64,000 nt of DNA. It comes from an uncultured Gemmatimonadales bacterium (GTDB lineage Bacteria > Gemmatimonadota > Gemmatimonadetes > Longimicrobiales > RSA9). The stretch's first letter is position 1. Every line of letters begins with the position of its first letter. This document shows positions 10,022 through 19,809 of the stretch, in pieces. The notes beneath the pieces were generated by a model. The model saw only the letters and a list, made by a program, of their open reading frames with translations, searched no databases and was not told the DNA's origin. The translations under genes and the position numbers were made by a program. Location: positions 4,192,001-4,256,000 of the forward strand of contig OY970192.1 in the NCBI GenBank assembly GCA_963708135.1. The letters run 5' to 3'.

Positions 10022-11746
10022 TCAGCTCAGCAGACCGGCCTCGGCGGGATCCAGCGCGGCGTAGCGATCGCCGAGCCAGAGGACGAAGCCGGCCAGCTCG
10101 GCATAGAGGATCAGGGCGCCGAGCACGCCGGCGAGGAGGGCGGCCGCGGCGCCGGTCCCGGCACCGAGCTGGAACGCGGCCCAGCCGGCCGCGACGGCGG
10201 CGAGGCCGATCGCGACGAACAGGAGGAGCCCCGTTGCGGCGAGGGTGAGCATCTGCTGGCCGAGGGCGTCCACGCCGCCCGGGCGGTCGGCGCCCAGCCG
10301 GACCCAGCCGGGGAAGAGGACGGCGAGGGCGTTCTGGGCACCGATCAGCAGGCCGTCCACGGCGGGCAGCAGGAGGGCGGCGGCGCCCATGGCGGTCACG
10401 ATTTCGGCCGCCCTGTCCGCCTGTGTGCTGAGCGGCAGGAGCGCGGCCACCGTGCCGAGCGCGAGCAGCTGGAGCACGTAGAGCGCGGCCGTCGGCGCCG
10501 CGAGCTCGGCGGCCACGAGCGCCCGCGGCGGGAGTGGCAGAGTACGCAGGATGGCGAGCCGCTCGAGGTCCGCGCGCAGGTCGCTGCGGAAGCCGAGGGC
10601 GCCGAAGAAGGTGAGGAAGACGCCGACGGCGGCGATGATGCCCATCGTCACATCGGCGGCCTCGCGGGTGGAATGGCCGCCGAGGCGAACGACGCCGAAG
10701 GCGACGACGCCGACGGCCGCGACCACGATGAGCATGCGCAGCCCCTCCTGTCGCAGCAGCGTCACCGCGTTCTTCCAGGCGACGGCGACCACGGGGCGTC
10801 CCGTCGCCCGCAGGGGGAGCGGCGTCCGGCGGGGTCCGGCGCGCGTGCCGGCGCGTCGGGCACGGCCGGTCCGGCGGTAGGAGTCGAGCAGCTTCGCGCG
10901 GCGGATCCCGGCCGACAGCGCGGCCTCCTCGAACGCGGCATCGGTGCGCAGCACCCAGACGTAATGGATCGCCGCGAGCAGCGCGGCGGCGGGAAGCGCG
11001 CGCAGGAACGCCCACGTGTCCGCTGCGAGGAAGGGTCCGAGCGCGATGCGGAAGGGGAGCAGGGCCGCGGCGAGCAGCGGCCCGTGGAGCGCGGCCGTAA
11101 CGCCGGCGAGTGCCTCGGCCTGCGTGCGCGCGCGCTCCGCGGCCCGGAGAAGCGCGAGCGCGCTCCCGGCCACGGCCACGCCCGCCAGGCCGAGCACGGC
11201 CACGCCGACGGCGCTGCTCCGGATGCCGGCCAGGCCGTGGCGCCTGGCGCCGGCGCGGATGAGCGAAGAGGCGAGCTGGTGCAGGCGCGCGGTGCTCGCG
11301 ATCAGCCATGCGCCCGCCAGGCGGAGCGGCCAGTCCAGCGGGGCGTCCCTCGTGAAGAGGACGAGCACCAGCGTGGCCAGGAGCACGCCCGGCTGCTCGC
11401 GCACGATCTTGTAGCGGATGAGCCGCCGCCGGCTGATCGGGGCCGGGAAGAGGAGTTGCGCCTCGGCGGGCGAGAAGGCGAGCGCGCCCGCAAATCCACC
11501 GCGGATCCACCACCATCCCACGAGGGCGGCGAGCAGCACGGGCGCGGCGAGCAGGACCGGGGGCGAGGCGGCGGCGTTGCCGTGGTGCCCGGGGTCGCGC
11601 AGCATGGTGTAGGCGATGAAGCCGAAGTAGGCGAGCCCGGCCAGGAGCGCGACGACGTGCTGCGGGCCGCGGCTGCGGCGCAGCAGCATGCGCACGCGGT
11701 TCCGGGCGCCGGCGGCGAGCAGCCAGAAGAGCGGATCGGCGCTCAC
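10022..11746 (-). CDS. Putative ABC exporter permease
   Basis: Multi-TM protein, FSPAEAQLLFPAPISRRRLIRYK; GTG overlaps ATPase stop. Confidence 0.75.
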   Translation of the reverse strand: MSADPLFWLLAAGARNRVRMLLRRSRGPQHVVALLAGLAYFGFIAYTMLRDPGHHGNAAASPPVLLAAPVLLAALVGWWWIRGGFAGALAFSPAEAQLLFPAPISRRRLIRYKIVREQPGVLLATLVLVLFTRDAPLDWPLRLAGAWLIASTARLHQLASSLIRAGARRHGLAGIRSSAVGVAVLGLAGVAVAGSALALLRAAERARTQAEALAGVTAALHGPLLAAALLPFRIALGPFLAADTWAFLRALPAAALLAAIHYVWVLRTDAAFEEAALSAGIRRAKLLDSYRRTGRARRAGTRAGPRRTPLPLRATGRPVVAVAWKNAVTLLRQEGLRMLIVVAAVGVVAFGVVRLGGHSTREAADVTMGIIAAVGVFLTFFGALGFRSDLRADLERLAILRTLPLPPRALVAAELAAPTAALYVLQLLALGTVAALLPLSTQADRAAEIVTAMGAAALLLPAVDGLLIGAQNALAVLFPGWVRLGADRPGGVDALGQQMLTLAATGLLLFVAIGLAAVAAGWAAFQLGAGTGAAAALLAGVLGALILYAELAGFVLWLGDRYAALDPAEAGLLS

Positions 11747-12468
11747 GAGCCGGTCTCGGTCAGGCTGAGGAAGACGTCCTCGAGCCCGCGTCCCTGGAGC
11801 TCGGGCCGGCTCGCGGCGATCTCGGCCACGGATCCGATGGCGACGCGGCGGCCCTGCTGCATGACCAGGATCCGCGAGCAGAGCTCCTCCACGAGCGAGA
11901 GCAGGTGCGAGCTGAGCAGCACCGCGGCGCCGCCCGCCGCGAGCTCCAGGATCGTCCGCTTCACGCGCCGGATGGCCGCGGGGTCGAGGCCCGTGAGCGG
12001 CTCGTCGAGCATGAGCACCCTGGGCTCGTGCAGGAGCGCGCAGGCCATGGCCAGCTTCTGCTTCATGCCGCGCGAGAGCTCGCCGGGCAGGACGTGCCGC
12101 TTCTCCTCGAGCTCGAGCTGGCGGAGCAGCACGTCCGTCCTGCCCGCGCTGTCCTCGACCTCGTAGACGCGGCCGATGAAGCGCAGGTGCTCGACCACGG
12201 TGAGGGAGTCGAAGAACTGCGGCTCGTCGGGGATGAAGGCGAGAGCGCGCTTGGCGGCGAGGGGCTCCGTGGCCAGGTCGTGGCCGGCGATCGCGATGCG
12301 GCCGCCGGCGGGCGGCAGGATGCCGGCGATGCAGCGCAGCGTCGTCGTCTTGCCCGCCCCGTTCGGGCCGAGCAGGCCCATCACCTCGCCCGGCCGGACC
12401 TCGAAGCTCAGCTCCGACACCGCGGGCAGCGCACCGTAGTACTTCGTCAGCGCGTGGACTTCCAGCAC
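11743..12468 (-). CDS. ABC transporter ATP-binding protein
   Basis: GPNGAGKTT, LSRGM, MLDEP, SSH. Confidence 0.92.
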   Translation of the reverse strand: MLEVHALTKYYGALPAVSELSFEVRPGEVMGLLGPNGAGKTTTLRCIAGILPPAGGRIAIAGHDLATEPLAAKRALAFIPDEPQFFDSLTVVEHLRFIGRVYEVEDSAGRTDVLLRQLELEEKRHVLPGELSRGMKQKLAMACALLHEPRVLMLDEPLTGLDPAAIRRVKRTILELAAGGAAVLLSSHLLSLVEELCSRILVMQQGRRVAIGSVAEIAASRPELQGRGLEDVFLSLTETGS

Positions 12469-12571
12469 AGGGACGTCCTGTTGATCGTGGGCGCGAGGGA
12501 GTGCAAGTTGGCGGCGCAGGGAAATTCGCGGTGGGGCTGGATTCGGGCAAGGACGAGCGGGAGGGGAGTCC

Positions 12572-13570
12572 ATGAACGTGCTGATCGTGACGCAGTCGGA
12601 GCTGCCGGCGCTGCTCCCGATGGCGGAGTGCATCGAGGCGATGGCCGAGGTGCTGGAGGCGCTCGGCCGGGGCGAGGCCGTGCTCCCGCTGCGGCAGCAG
12701 GTGGTGCTGCCGGACGGGACCGGGCGGCTCGTGCCGATGCCGGCCTACACGGCGAGCCCGCCCGCGCTGGGGATCAAGGTGATCACCTACTTTCCCGGCA
12801 ACACCGGGACGGAGTTCGACTCGCACCAGGGTGCCGTGCTGCTCTTCGAGCCCGTCCACGGCCGGCTGCTCGCCATCATGGACGCGAGCGCCATCACCGC
12901 GATCCGCACCGCCGCCGCGACCGGGCTCGCCACCCGGCTCCTCGCCCGCGAGGACGCCGGGGACCTGGCCATCCTCGGCTCCGGCGTGCAGGCGCGCACA
13001 CACCTCGAGGCCATGCTCACCGTCCGGCCGATCCGCCGGATCCGCGTCTGGAGCCGGACGCAGGCGAACGCCGCGGCGTTCGCGCGCGAGATGGAGCGGC
13101 GCCACGACGTCGCCATCGAGGTCGTGGCCGCGCGCCGCGAGGCGGTCGTCGGCGCGGACATCATCTGCACGGTCACCTCCGCGGCCGAGCCGGTGCTGCG
13201 CGGCGAATGGATCGCGCCCGGCGCCCACGTCAACGCCGTCGGCTCCAGCCTGCGCACGGACCGCGAGCTCGACGCCGAAGCCGTGCGACGCTGCCGCCTC
13301 TTCGTGGACCGTCTCGAGTCCGCCCTCGCGGAGGCCGGAGACTTCCTGCTCGCGCGCGCCGAGGGCGCCGTGGACGACGACCACATCGTGGGTGAGATCG
13401 GGCAGATCCTGCTGGGCGAGATCGAGGGGCGGCGCTCAGCCGACGAGATCACGCTCTTCAAGTCGCTCGGCCTGGCCGTCGAGGACCTGGCCGCCGCGCA
13501 CCTGGTCTACGAGAAGGCCATGGCCGACGGCGGCGGGACGGTGCTGGATTTCGGGGGGAACAGGGAGTAG
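12572..13570 (+). CDS. Ornithine cyclodeaminase / mu-crystallin family protein
   Basis: ITAIRTAAAT, GSGVQA, HVNAVGS, FKSLGLAVED. Confidence 0.9.
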   Translation: MNVLIVTQSELPALLPMAECIEAMAEVLEALGRGEAVLPLRQQVVLPDGTGRLVPMPAYTASPPALGIKVITYFPGNTGTEFDSHQGAVLLFEPVHGRLLAIMDASAITAIRTAAATGLATRLLAREDAGDLAILGSGVQARTHLEAMLTVRPIRRIRVWSRTQANAAAFAREMERRHDVAIEVVAARREAVVGADIICTVTSAAEPVLRGEWIAPGAHVNAVGSSLRTDRELDAEAVRRCRLFVDRLESALAEAGDFLLARAEGAVDDDHIVGEIGQILLGEIEGRRSADEITLFKSLGLAVEDLAAAHLVYEKAMADGGGTVLDFGGNRE

Positions 13571-13635
13571 GACGGGCGCGGGGCGCTGTGCTGGGGAGGC
13601 CTCTGTGCTGGCGGGCGTGCTGCCGCTGGCCGGGC

Positions 13636-13822
13636 GAGAGTGGGGGAGTGGGGGACCCCGGGCCGGCTCCGCGGCGCGCGCGGGGGCCGGGCCTCGCGAC
13701 CTGCCCTGGCGCGCGCGGGTGCGCCGGCGTGCCGCGAGGCCCGCGCAGTGCGGAGCGCGGCGCCGCGTCCGGGCCGCGGACGGGCCGCGGAGGACGGCCG
13801 CATCCCCCGCTCCCCCACTCTC
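13636..13822. repeat. 187-bp element with 20-bp terminal inverted repeats (MITE-like or structured RNA)
   Basis: GAGAGTGGGGGAGTGGGGGA ... TCCCCCGCTCCCCCACTCTC (19/20); inner GCCTCGCG/CGCGAGGC pair. Confidence 0.6.
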
Positions 13823-13832
13823 AACGCCCATG

Positions 13833-16800
13833 TCAGTGCCGCTCGAACTCCTCCTCCGAGATCGGCTCGTCCTCGCCGGCGCCCAGGTTGCCGATGCGCT
13901 GGACCTGGAGCTTGCCGGTGAGCGTCTGGCCGCCCACGCTCACGGAGATCGTGTACTGGCCGGGCGGCGCGGGCGCGGGTGCGCCGCCGAAGAAGCCGCC
14001 GCGGCCACCTGCGAACCGGCCGCCGATGCCCGGCACGCGGGTGAGGCGCAGAAAGTCCCGGAACAACTCACCGCCCGGGCCGCGCATGAACGCGGCGATG
14101 GCCTCCTCGCTCATGTCGGATGCTCCGGCGGCGCGGCCGGCGCGGGCGGGCCGGCCGGCCTGCGCGCCGCTCGAGTCCGGCGCGGCCTTCTCGCCGGCGC
14201 CGGCGGTCTCGCCGCGCGCGGCGACGCTGCGCTGCATCTGCTCGCCCGGGCGGTCCACCCAGACGCCGGGGCGCGCGCGGCCGCGCCCGCCGAAGCCGAA
14301 GCCGAACGGGACCGCGCCGGGGCCGCCGAACAGGGAGCGCCGGGCCAGCGCGGCCACGCGGCCGGCGAGCTGCGCGTCCGTGCCGGCCTTCTCGAGCGAA
14401 TCGGTGAGAAACGCGATGCGGACCTGGAGCCGCGCGCTGTCGCGCTTCTCCGAGGGCGAGAGCGGCGCCGGCGGCGGCGGCTCCTTGCGGTAGTTCCAGG
14501 CCACGGTGTGCAGGCCGGCGGCGCCGGGCCCGGTGAGCGTCTGCACGGTGTCGCCCTTCGCGTCCAGCACGGCAATGTGCGCGCGCTGGCGGCGGTCTCC
14601 GGAGGGCAGGTAGTAGGAGATCTCGGCGCCGTACGGCGCGCTCTCGCCCTCGAACACCTTCTGGCCGGGGGATCCGCCGCCGATCGGCGTCTCGCCGTAC
14701 TGGAAGGCGGTGGGCGGCTGGAACAGGGTGGCGGCCGCGAGCGTGCGCGCGCCCATCTGCTCGAGCGGCGCGATGCCGACGATCCAGATGGAGCGGCCGT
14801 GCGTGGCGGCGATCAGCTCGTGGTCGCGCGGCTGGATCTTGAGGTCGTGGACCGGCACCGTGGGCAGTCCCTCCATGAAGCGCTGCCAGTGGCCGCCGCG
14901 GTCGATGGAGACGTAGGCGCCCACGTCGGTGCCGGCGAAGAGCAGGTCGCGATTGAAGGGGTCCTCGCGCACGACGTGCACGAAGTCGGGGCCGCCCCGG
15001 GGCAGGTCCGAGGCGATCGAGCGGAAGCTCTTGCCGCCGTCGTCGGTGACGTAGAGGTAGGGGGTGAAGTCGCCGGTGCGGTGGCCGTCGAAGGCCACGT
15101 AGAAGGTGTTCGCGTCGAAGTGCGACGGCTCGATACGGCGCACCCAGGTGCCGTCCGGCACGCCGGGGAATCGACCGTTCAGCTTTTCCCAGTGCTTGCC
15201 GTCGTCGCGTGTCATCCAGGCGTTGCCGTCATCGGTGCCCGCGTAGAGCCAGCCCTTCCGCACGGGGCTCTCCGCCAGGGCGACGATGGTGGCGAAGGTC
15301 TCCGCGCCCGTCACGTCCCGGGTGATGCCGCCGGTCGTCTCCGTGCTGACGCGGATCTTCATGGTGTCGGCGCGGGTGAGGTCGGGCGAGATGGCGACCA
15401 GGTCGTCGCCGCGCTTCGTCGACTTGAGCACCTTGTTGGCGCCGGCGTAGAGGACGTGCTGGTCGTGGGGCGAGAGGAAGAACGGCGTGTTCCAGTTCCA
15501 GCGCAGGTCGTTGTCGGCCGAGTCCGCGGACTGGCGCGCGCGCAGCGTGGCGAGCCGGCTCTCCTGCGCGGGCGTCTCGGGCTTCGCGGTGTCGCCGCGC
15601 TCGATGACGATCGAGTCCTCGAAGGTCTTGTAGCGGTCGCGGAAGCTCGGCTTGCGCAGCCGCGTGCGCTCGCCGGTCGTCATGTCGAGCCGGGCCATGT
15701 TGCCGCCCTGGCTCTCGGCGTAGACGATGTTCGGGTCGGTCTGGTCCTGCGCCGTGAAGAAGCCGTCACCGCCGTTCACGGTGGCCCACATGTCGCTCGT
15801 GATGCCGCCGCGCGCGCGCCGGCTCGGGCCGCACCACGCGCCGTTGTCCTGCAGCCCGCCGCAGACATGGTACGGCACGGCCATGTCGTAGCTGACCTCG
15901 TAGAACTGGCCGATGGCGAAGTTGTTCAGGAAGTCGTAGTTGCCGCCGCGGTCCCAGGTCTGGGAGATGCCGCCGTCGTCGCCCACGATGAAATGGTTCG
16001 GGTCGTTCGGATCGATCCACATGGCGTGGTGGTCCACGTGGATGCCGACCGTGGCGTTGCCCATCGTCTTGCCGCCGTCATTGGAGAACTTGACCGGCGT
16101 GGACGACCAGTAGACACGGTTCGGGTCCCGCGGGTCCACCCGCACCTGCGAGTAGTAGAACGGGCGCGTGTCCTCCGCGTTCATCTTCGTCCACGTCGCG
16201 CCCGCATCGGCGGAACGGTAGAGCCCGGACTCGTTGGGAGCGCCCTCCTTCGCGCCGGCGGCCTCGACCAGCGCGTAGACCACGTTCGGGTCGCTCGGCG
16301 CGATGGCCAGCCCGATGCGCCCCTTCGTCCCCGCGGGGAAGCCGCCGCCCTTCACCTCCGCCCAGTGCGCGCCCGCGTCCGTCGTCTTCCACAGCCCGCT
16401 CCCCGGGCCGCCGCTCTGGAGCGAGTACGGCGTGCGCCAGCGTTCCCAGCTCGAGGCGTAGAGCACGTCCGGGTTCTTCGGGTCGATGGCCACGTCCACG
16501 AAGCCCGCGTGGTCGCTCACGAACTTGGAGAGCGTCCAGGTCCTGCCGCCGTCCGTGGTCTTGTACAGCCCGCGCTCCGGGTTGCTGTCCCAGATGTGGC
16601 CCAGGGCGGCGACGTAGACCACGTCAGCGTTCCTGGGGTCCACCACGATCCGGGCGATGACCTGCGTCTTCTCGAGCCCCATCAGCTTCCAGGTGAGACC
16701 GCCATCCATGGACTTGTAGATGCCGCCGCCGGGCGAGATCGAGTTGCGGCTGTTCTGCTCGCCCGTGCCGGCCCACACCTGCATGGTGTCGCTCGGCGCG

Positions 16801-17108
16801 ATCGCCAGGTCGCCCATGGCCACCACACGCTCGTGCTCGAACACGGGGCGGAACGTCGTGCCGGCGTTCGTCGTCTTCCAGATGCCGCCGCCGGCGGCCG
16901 CCACGAAGAAGGTGCGCGATGGGCTCGGGATCCCCTCGATGTCGGCCACGCGGCCGCCCATGTTGGCGGGCCCGATGCTGCGCCAGCGAAAGGCCGAGAG
17001 GACCGTGGAGTCCAGCGCCGTCGGGCCCTGGGCGTGGAGGGGGGCGGCCAGGCCGATCGTGAGCGCGGCGAGGACCGCCGCGGGCAGGCGTGAGCGTGCG
17101 GGTCTCAT
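13833..17108 (-). CDS. Secreted BNR/Asp-box repeat (VPS10/sortilin-like) beta-propeller protein
   Basis: Signal peptide; WRSIGPANMGGR; many S/TxDGGxTW Asp-boxes; ATHGRS. Confidence 0.85.
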   Translation of the reverse strand: MRPARSRLPAAVLAALTIGLAAPLHAQGPTALDSTVLSAFRWRSIGPANMGGRVADIEGIPSPSRTFFVAAAGGGIWKTTNAGTTFRPVFEHERVVAMGDLAIAPSDTMQVWAGTGEQNSRNSISPGGGIYKSMDGGLTWKLMGLEKTQVIARIVVDPRNADVVYVAALGHIWDSNPERGLYKTTDGGRTWTLSKFVSDHAGFVDVAIDPKNPDVLYASSWERWRTPYSLQSGGPGSGLWKTTDAGAHWAEVKGGGFPAGTKGRIGLAIAPSDPNVVYALVEAAGAKEGAPNESGLYRSADAGATWTKMNAEDTRPFYYSQVRVDPRDPNRVYWSSTPVKFSNDGGKTMGNATVGIHVDHHAMWIDPNDPNHFIVGDDGGISQTWDRGGNYDFLNNFAIGQFYEVSYDMAVPYHVCGGLQDNGAWCGPSRRARGGITSDMWATVNGGDGFFTAQDQTDPNIVYAESQGGNMARLDMTTGERTRLRKPSFRDRYKTFEDSIVIERGDTAKPETPAQESRLATLRARQSADSADNDLRWNWNTPFFLSPHDQHVLYAGANKVLKSTKRGDDLVAISPDLTRADTMKIRVSTETTGGITRDVTGAETFATIVALAESPVRKGWLYAGTDDGNAWMTRDDGKHWEKLNGRFPGVPDGTWVRRIEPSHFDANTFYVAFDGHRTGDFTPYLYVTDDGGKSFRSIASDLPRGGPDFVHVVREDPFNRDLLFAGTDVGAYVSIDRGGHWQRFMEGLPTVPVHDLKIQPRDHELIAATHGRSIWIVGIAPLEQMGARTLAAATLFQPPTAFQYGETPIGGGSPGQKVFEGESAPYGAEISYYLPSGDRRQRAHIAVLDAKGDTVQTLTGPGAAGLHTVAWNYRKEPPPPAPLSPSEKRDSARLQVRIAFLTDSLEKAGTDAQLAGRVAALARRSLFGGPGAVPFGFGFGGRGRARPGVWVDRPGEQMQRSVAARGETAGAGEKAAPDSSGAQAGRPARAGRAAGASDMSEEAIAAFMRGPGGELFRDFLRLTRVPGIGGRFAGGRGGFFGGAPAPAPPGQYTISVSVGGQTLTGKLQVQRIGNLGAGEDEPISEEEFERH

Positions 17109-17287
17109 GCCACCTCGAAGCGTTGAGTGACGATGTGAGGCCCGCCGCGAGGGCGGCGGGCGGGAAGCTACGTGACGGGGTACAGCCGGCGCTGCGGGAA
17201 CGTTGGGAGGGCACGCCGGACCCGGCGCCCGGGCGCACGGGTATGACTTCAGCTCCCGTGCGGACTCCTCGCCGGATCCGATCCCGC

Positions 17288-18997
17288 ATGCGCTTACTCT
17301 CGCCCATCCATGTCGCACGAACCGCGATCCTGCTCTGGCTCGCGGCGGTGGCGGTCGCTGGCTGCGACGGCCCGCGCGTCCCCGGGCGGCCGGCGCGCGT
17401 CGAGCGCGCCTACGGCCAGGGGCAGCGCGGCGTTGTGGGCCAGCCGCTCGCCCGACCCCTCGTCGTGCGCGTGCTGGACGGGAGCGGGGTGCCGCTCGCC
17501 GGGGTGCGCGTGGATTGGCGGGCGGCCGACTCCGCCGGCGGAGCGGTCCGCTTCGCGGGCCGGACGGACCGGTTCGGCTACGCCCGCGCGGTGTGGATGC
17601 CGGGCCCCCGGGCCGGGGTGCAGGTGGTATCGGCCGAGGTGAGCGGGCTGCCGCCCGTGTCGTTCACCGCACGGGCCGCGGCCCCGCGCCTCGCTGCGCC
17701 GGCCTCCCGCCTCGCGGCGGCGCCGCCCCGCTTCGCGACGCTGCGCAGCGCCCGGTCCGCCGCCGCTGCGCCGGTCCCCGTCCCGGCGATCGATCCTGGC
17801 GCTCCCGCCGCAGCGCTCCGGTTTCCGCCGGCCTCGATCATCGACAGCGCCGGCCCGCCCGCCGCCCCCTCGGCGAGGCCCGTGCTGGCGGGCCGCCTCT
17901 ACGCGGCGGACGACGGCCCGCTCCTCGGGCTGGAGGCGCGCATTGAGAGCCCCGCCGGCCAGGTGCTGGCCGAGGCGGCCGTGGACGGCCGGGGCCGGTT
18001 TGCCCTGCCGCTCCCGCGGTCCCCGGCCGGGGCCGCTCTTCTGGTGATTGCGGGCGCGGCGGGCGCCCCCGCCGCCTATCTGCCCGCGGTGGTGCCGCTG
18101 CCTCCGGCGACGGGCGGGGGCGTCCTCGAGGAAGGCGGGGCCAACGAGGAGGGCAGGGCCGACCAGGATACGGCGGTGGGGCCCGACCCGGTCCGGGGCA
18201 CGCCGGCCGGGCCGCGGCGCGAGATCGGGATCGTGCTGGTGCCGCGGCGCTGGCGGATCACGGCGGGGAGCTACGCGGGGCGGGACGTCGCCATCGAGCT
18301 GGAGGCTGCGTTCCGGGCGCCGTGCGGCGGGTGCTCGGCCTTCTTCCCCGCCCCGGCGGCGGGCGGATCGGAGAACGGGCCGGTGCGCGCGTGGGCGGAC
18401 ACGATGCTCCCGCTGCGCGTGCTGCTGGACCGGGCCGGCCCGGTCCAGCCGCTGGGCACGGCGGACTCCGCCGCGTTCTGGGGGGCGGCCGCCCTGTTCG
18501 AGCGCACGCTCGGCCAGCGGCTGTTCCGGCCGGTGGGCGACGAGCCGGAGGAAGGCGCGCCGGCGGGCGGGCTCGTGCTGGTGCGGATCGATCCGGGGCA
18601 GCTCGAGGCGGGGCTCAGCACGACGGCCTCGCAGCGGGGGGAGATCGGCGCGGCCGTGGTGAGCTTCCGGCACGCTGCGCTGCTCGGTGGGCCGGAAGGC
18701 GGGCACCTGGTCGGGCACGAGCTGCTGCACGCGCTGGGGGCGGGGCACACGTGCGCGTGGCGCTCGCTGGTGGCGGACACGGAGCGCTGCCCGGAGCGCT
18801 ACTCGAAGGATGCCACGCCCGAGGACGTGGCCTACCTGGAGCTGCTGGAGAGGGTGAAGGCGCTGGAGCGGCGGGAGGCGGCGGGCTACGGGCTGCGGGC
18901 CGCCCAGCGGGGGACCGCGCGGGAGGCGGCGGCGCGGCGCCGCGGCGGCGCCGCTCGCGGCCGGCTCAGGGGCCCGAGCGCGTCCAGACGAGGATGA
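17288..18997 (+). CDS. Lipoprotein with Ig-like domain and metzincin-type zinc motif
   Basis: VAGC lipobox; GQGQRGVVGQPLARPLVVRV Big-1-like; HELLHALGAGH. Confidence 0.6.
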   Translation: MRLLSPIHVARTAILLWLAAVAVAGCDGPRVPGRPARVERAYGQGQRGVVGQPLARPLVVRVLDGSGVPLAGVRVDWRAADSAGGAVRFAGRTDRFGYARAVWMPGPRAGVQVVSAEVSGLPPVSFTARAAAPRLAAPASRLAAAPPRFATLRSARSAAAAPVPVPAIDPGAPAAALRFPPASIIDSAGPPAAPSARPVLAGRLYAADDGPLLGLEARIESPAGQVLAEAAVDGRGRFALPLPRSPAGAALLVIAGAAGAPAAYLPAVVPLPPATGGGVLEEGGANEEGRADQDTAVGPDPVRGTPAGPRREIGIVLVPRRWRITAGSYAGRDVAIELEAAFRAPCGGCSAFFPAPAAGGSENGPVRAWADTMLPLRVLLDRAGPVQPLGTADSAAFWGAAALFERTLGQRLFRPVGDEPEEGAPAGGLVLVRIDPGQLEAGLSTTASQRGEIGAAVVSFRHAALLGGPEGGHLVGHELLHALGAGHTCAWRSLVADTERCPERYSKDATPEDVAYLELLERVKALERREAAGYGLRAAQRGTAREAAARRRGGAARGRLRGPSASRRG

Positions 18998-19736
18998 CGC
19001 CGCACGTGCTGTACTGCTGGTACTGCGGGGGGACCTCGGAGGCGCCGGCGTACGACTCGATCCCGGCGATGTCCTGGAGCGGGATCAGGTGGTCGAGGTC
19101 GTCGAGGTCGCTGGCGGGGTGGATGAGCCCGTCCACGATCAGCGCCGGCTGGCACTGCCTCCCGGTGCGCGTCGAGACGATGGTGTAGCCGTTCTGCCCG
19201 TTCGGCTCCACGTTGAACCCCGGCAGGCGCCGCGCCGCCATGCTCAGCGTGCTGCCGCGCTCGACCAGCGGCTCCAGGTCCTTCCGGTCCAGGAACGTCC
19301 CGCCGGCCGCGCTCTTCCGGCGATCGTAGAATCCGCGGTTCCGCAGCTCCGGCGTCTCGGCCTTGGCCTGGGCGGTCACGGTCGGCAGGCGCACCGGCTG
19401 CACGATGAGCTCCACCTTCGCGTCCACATCGGCGCCGGGCTTGAAGCCGATAGCCACGCGCACGGGCTCGTAGCCGAGCATCCCCACCACCACCACGCGC
19501 TTGCCTGGTGGGATTCCGGTCACGCGTGCCGCGCCGTCCGGCCCCGCCACTGCGCTGATCGTGGTGCCCTCCACGAGCACGGACGCGCCCGAGAGCGGCT
19601 TTCCGCTGCCCTGGTCGACGATGTGCACGGTGATCGCGGCCGGTCCCTCGTGCGCCTGCTGCGCCGAGACCCGCGCGGGCGCCGCTCCGACGCCGGCGAG
19701 GAGGACCGTCGCGAGAAGAAGTGAGCTCCGAGGCAT
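18966..19736 (-). CDS. Carboxypeptidase-regulatory-like domain + plug-like domain protein (no barrel)
   Basis: Signal peptide; VDQGSGKPLSGASV; RGFYDRRK; IAGIESY...CGVILVWT. Confidence 0.7.
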   Translation of the reverse strand: MPRSSLLLATVLLAGVGAAPARVSAQQAHEGPAAITVHIVDQGSGKPLSGASVLVEGTTISAVAGPDGAARVTGIPPGKRVVVVGMLGYEPVRVAIGFKPGADVDAKVELIVQPVRLPTVTAQAKAETPELRNRGFYDRRKSAAGGTFLDRKDLEPLVERGSTLSMAARRLPGFNVEPNGQNGYTIVSTRTGRQCQPALIVDGLIHPASDLDDLDHLIPLQDIAGIESYAGASEVPPQYQQYSTCGVILVWTRSGP

Positions 19737-19809
19737 ACCGCCGCTCTCCTGCCGTGAATGCGTGGGATGTGTGGAACACGCCAGACCGTCCCGGGTTCCG
19801 CGCGGGCCG

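Noticed and set aside
12831..17093. Very long alternative ORFs (1420 aa here; also 1463-5206 and 43448-46060)
   Set aside because: Antisense or off-frame shadows of real genes, expected at this GC content; no motifs
13833..17108. BNR protein as the glycosidase of a classical PUL
   Set aside because: Lies outside the operator-defined locus and shows no recognisable catalytic signature
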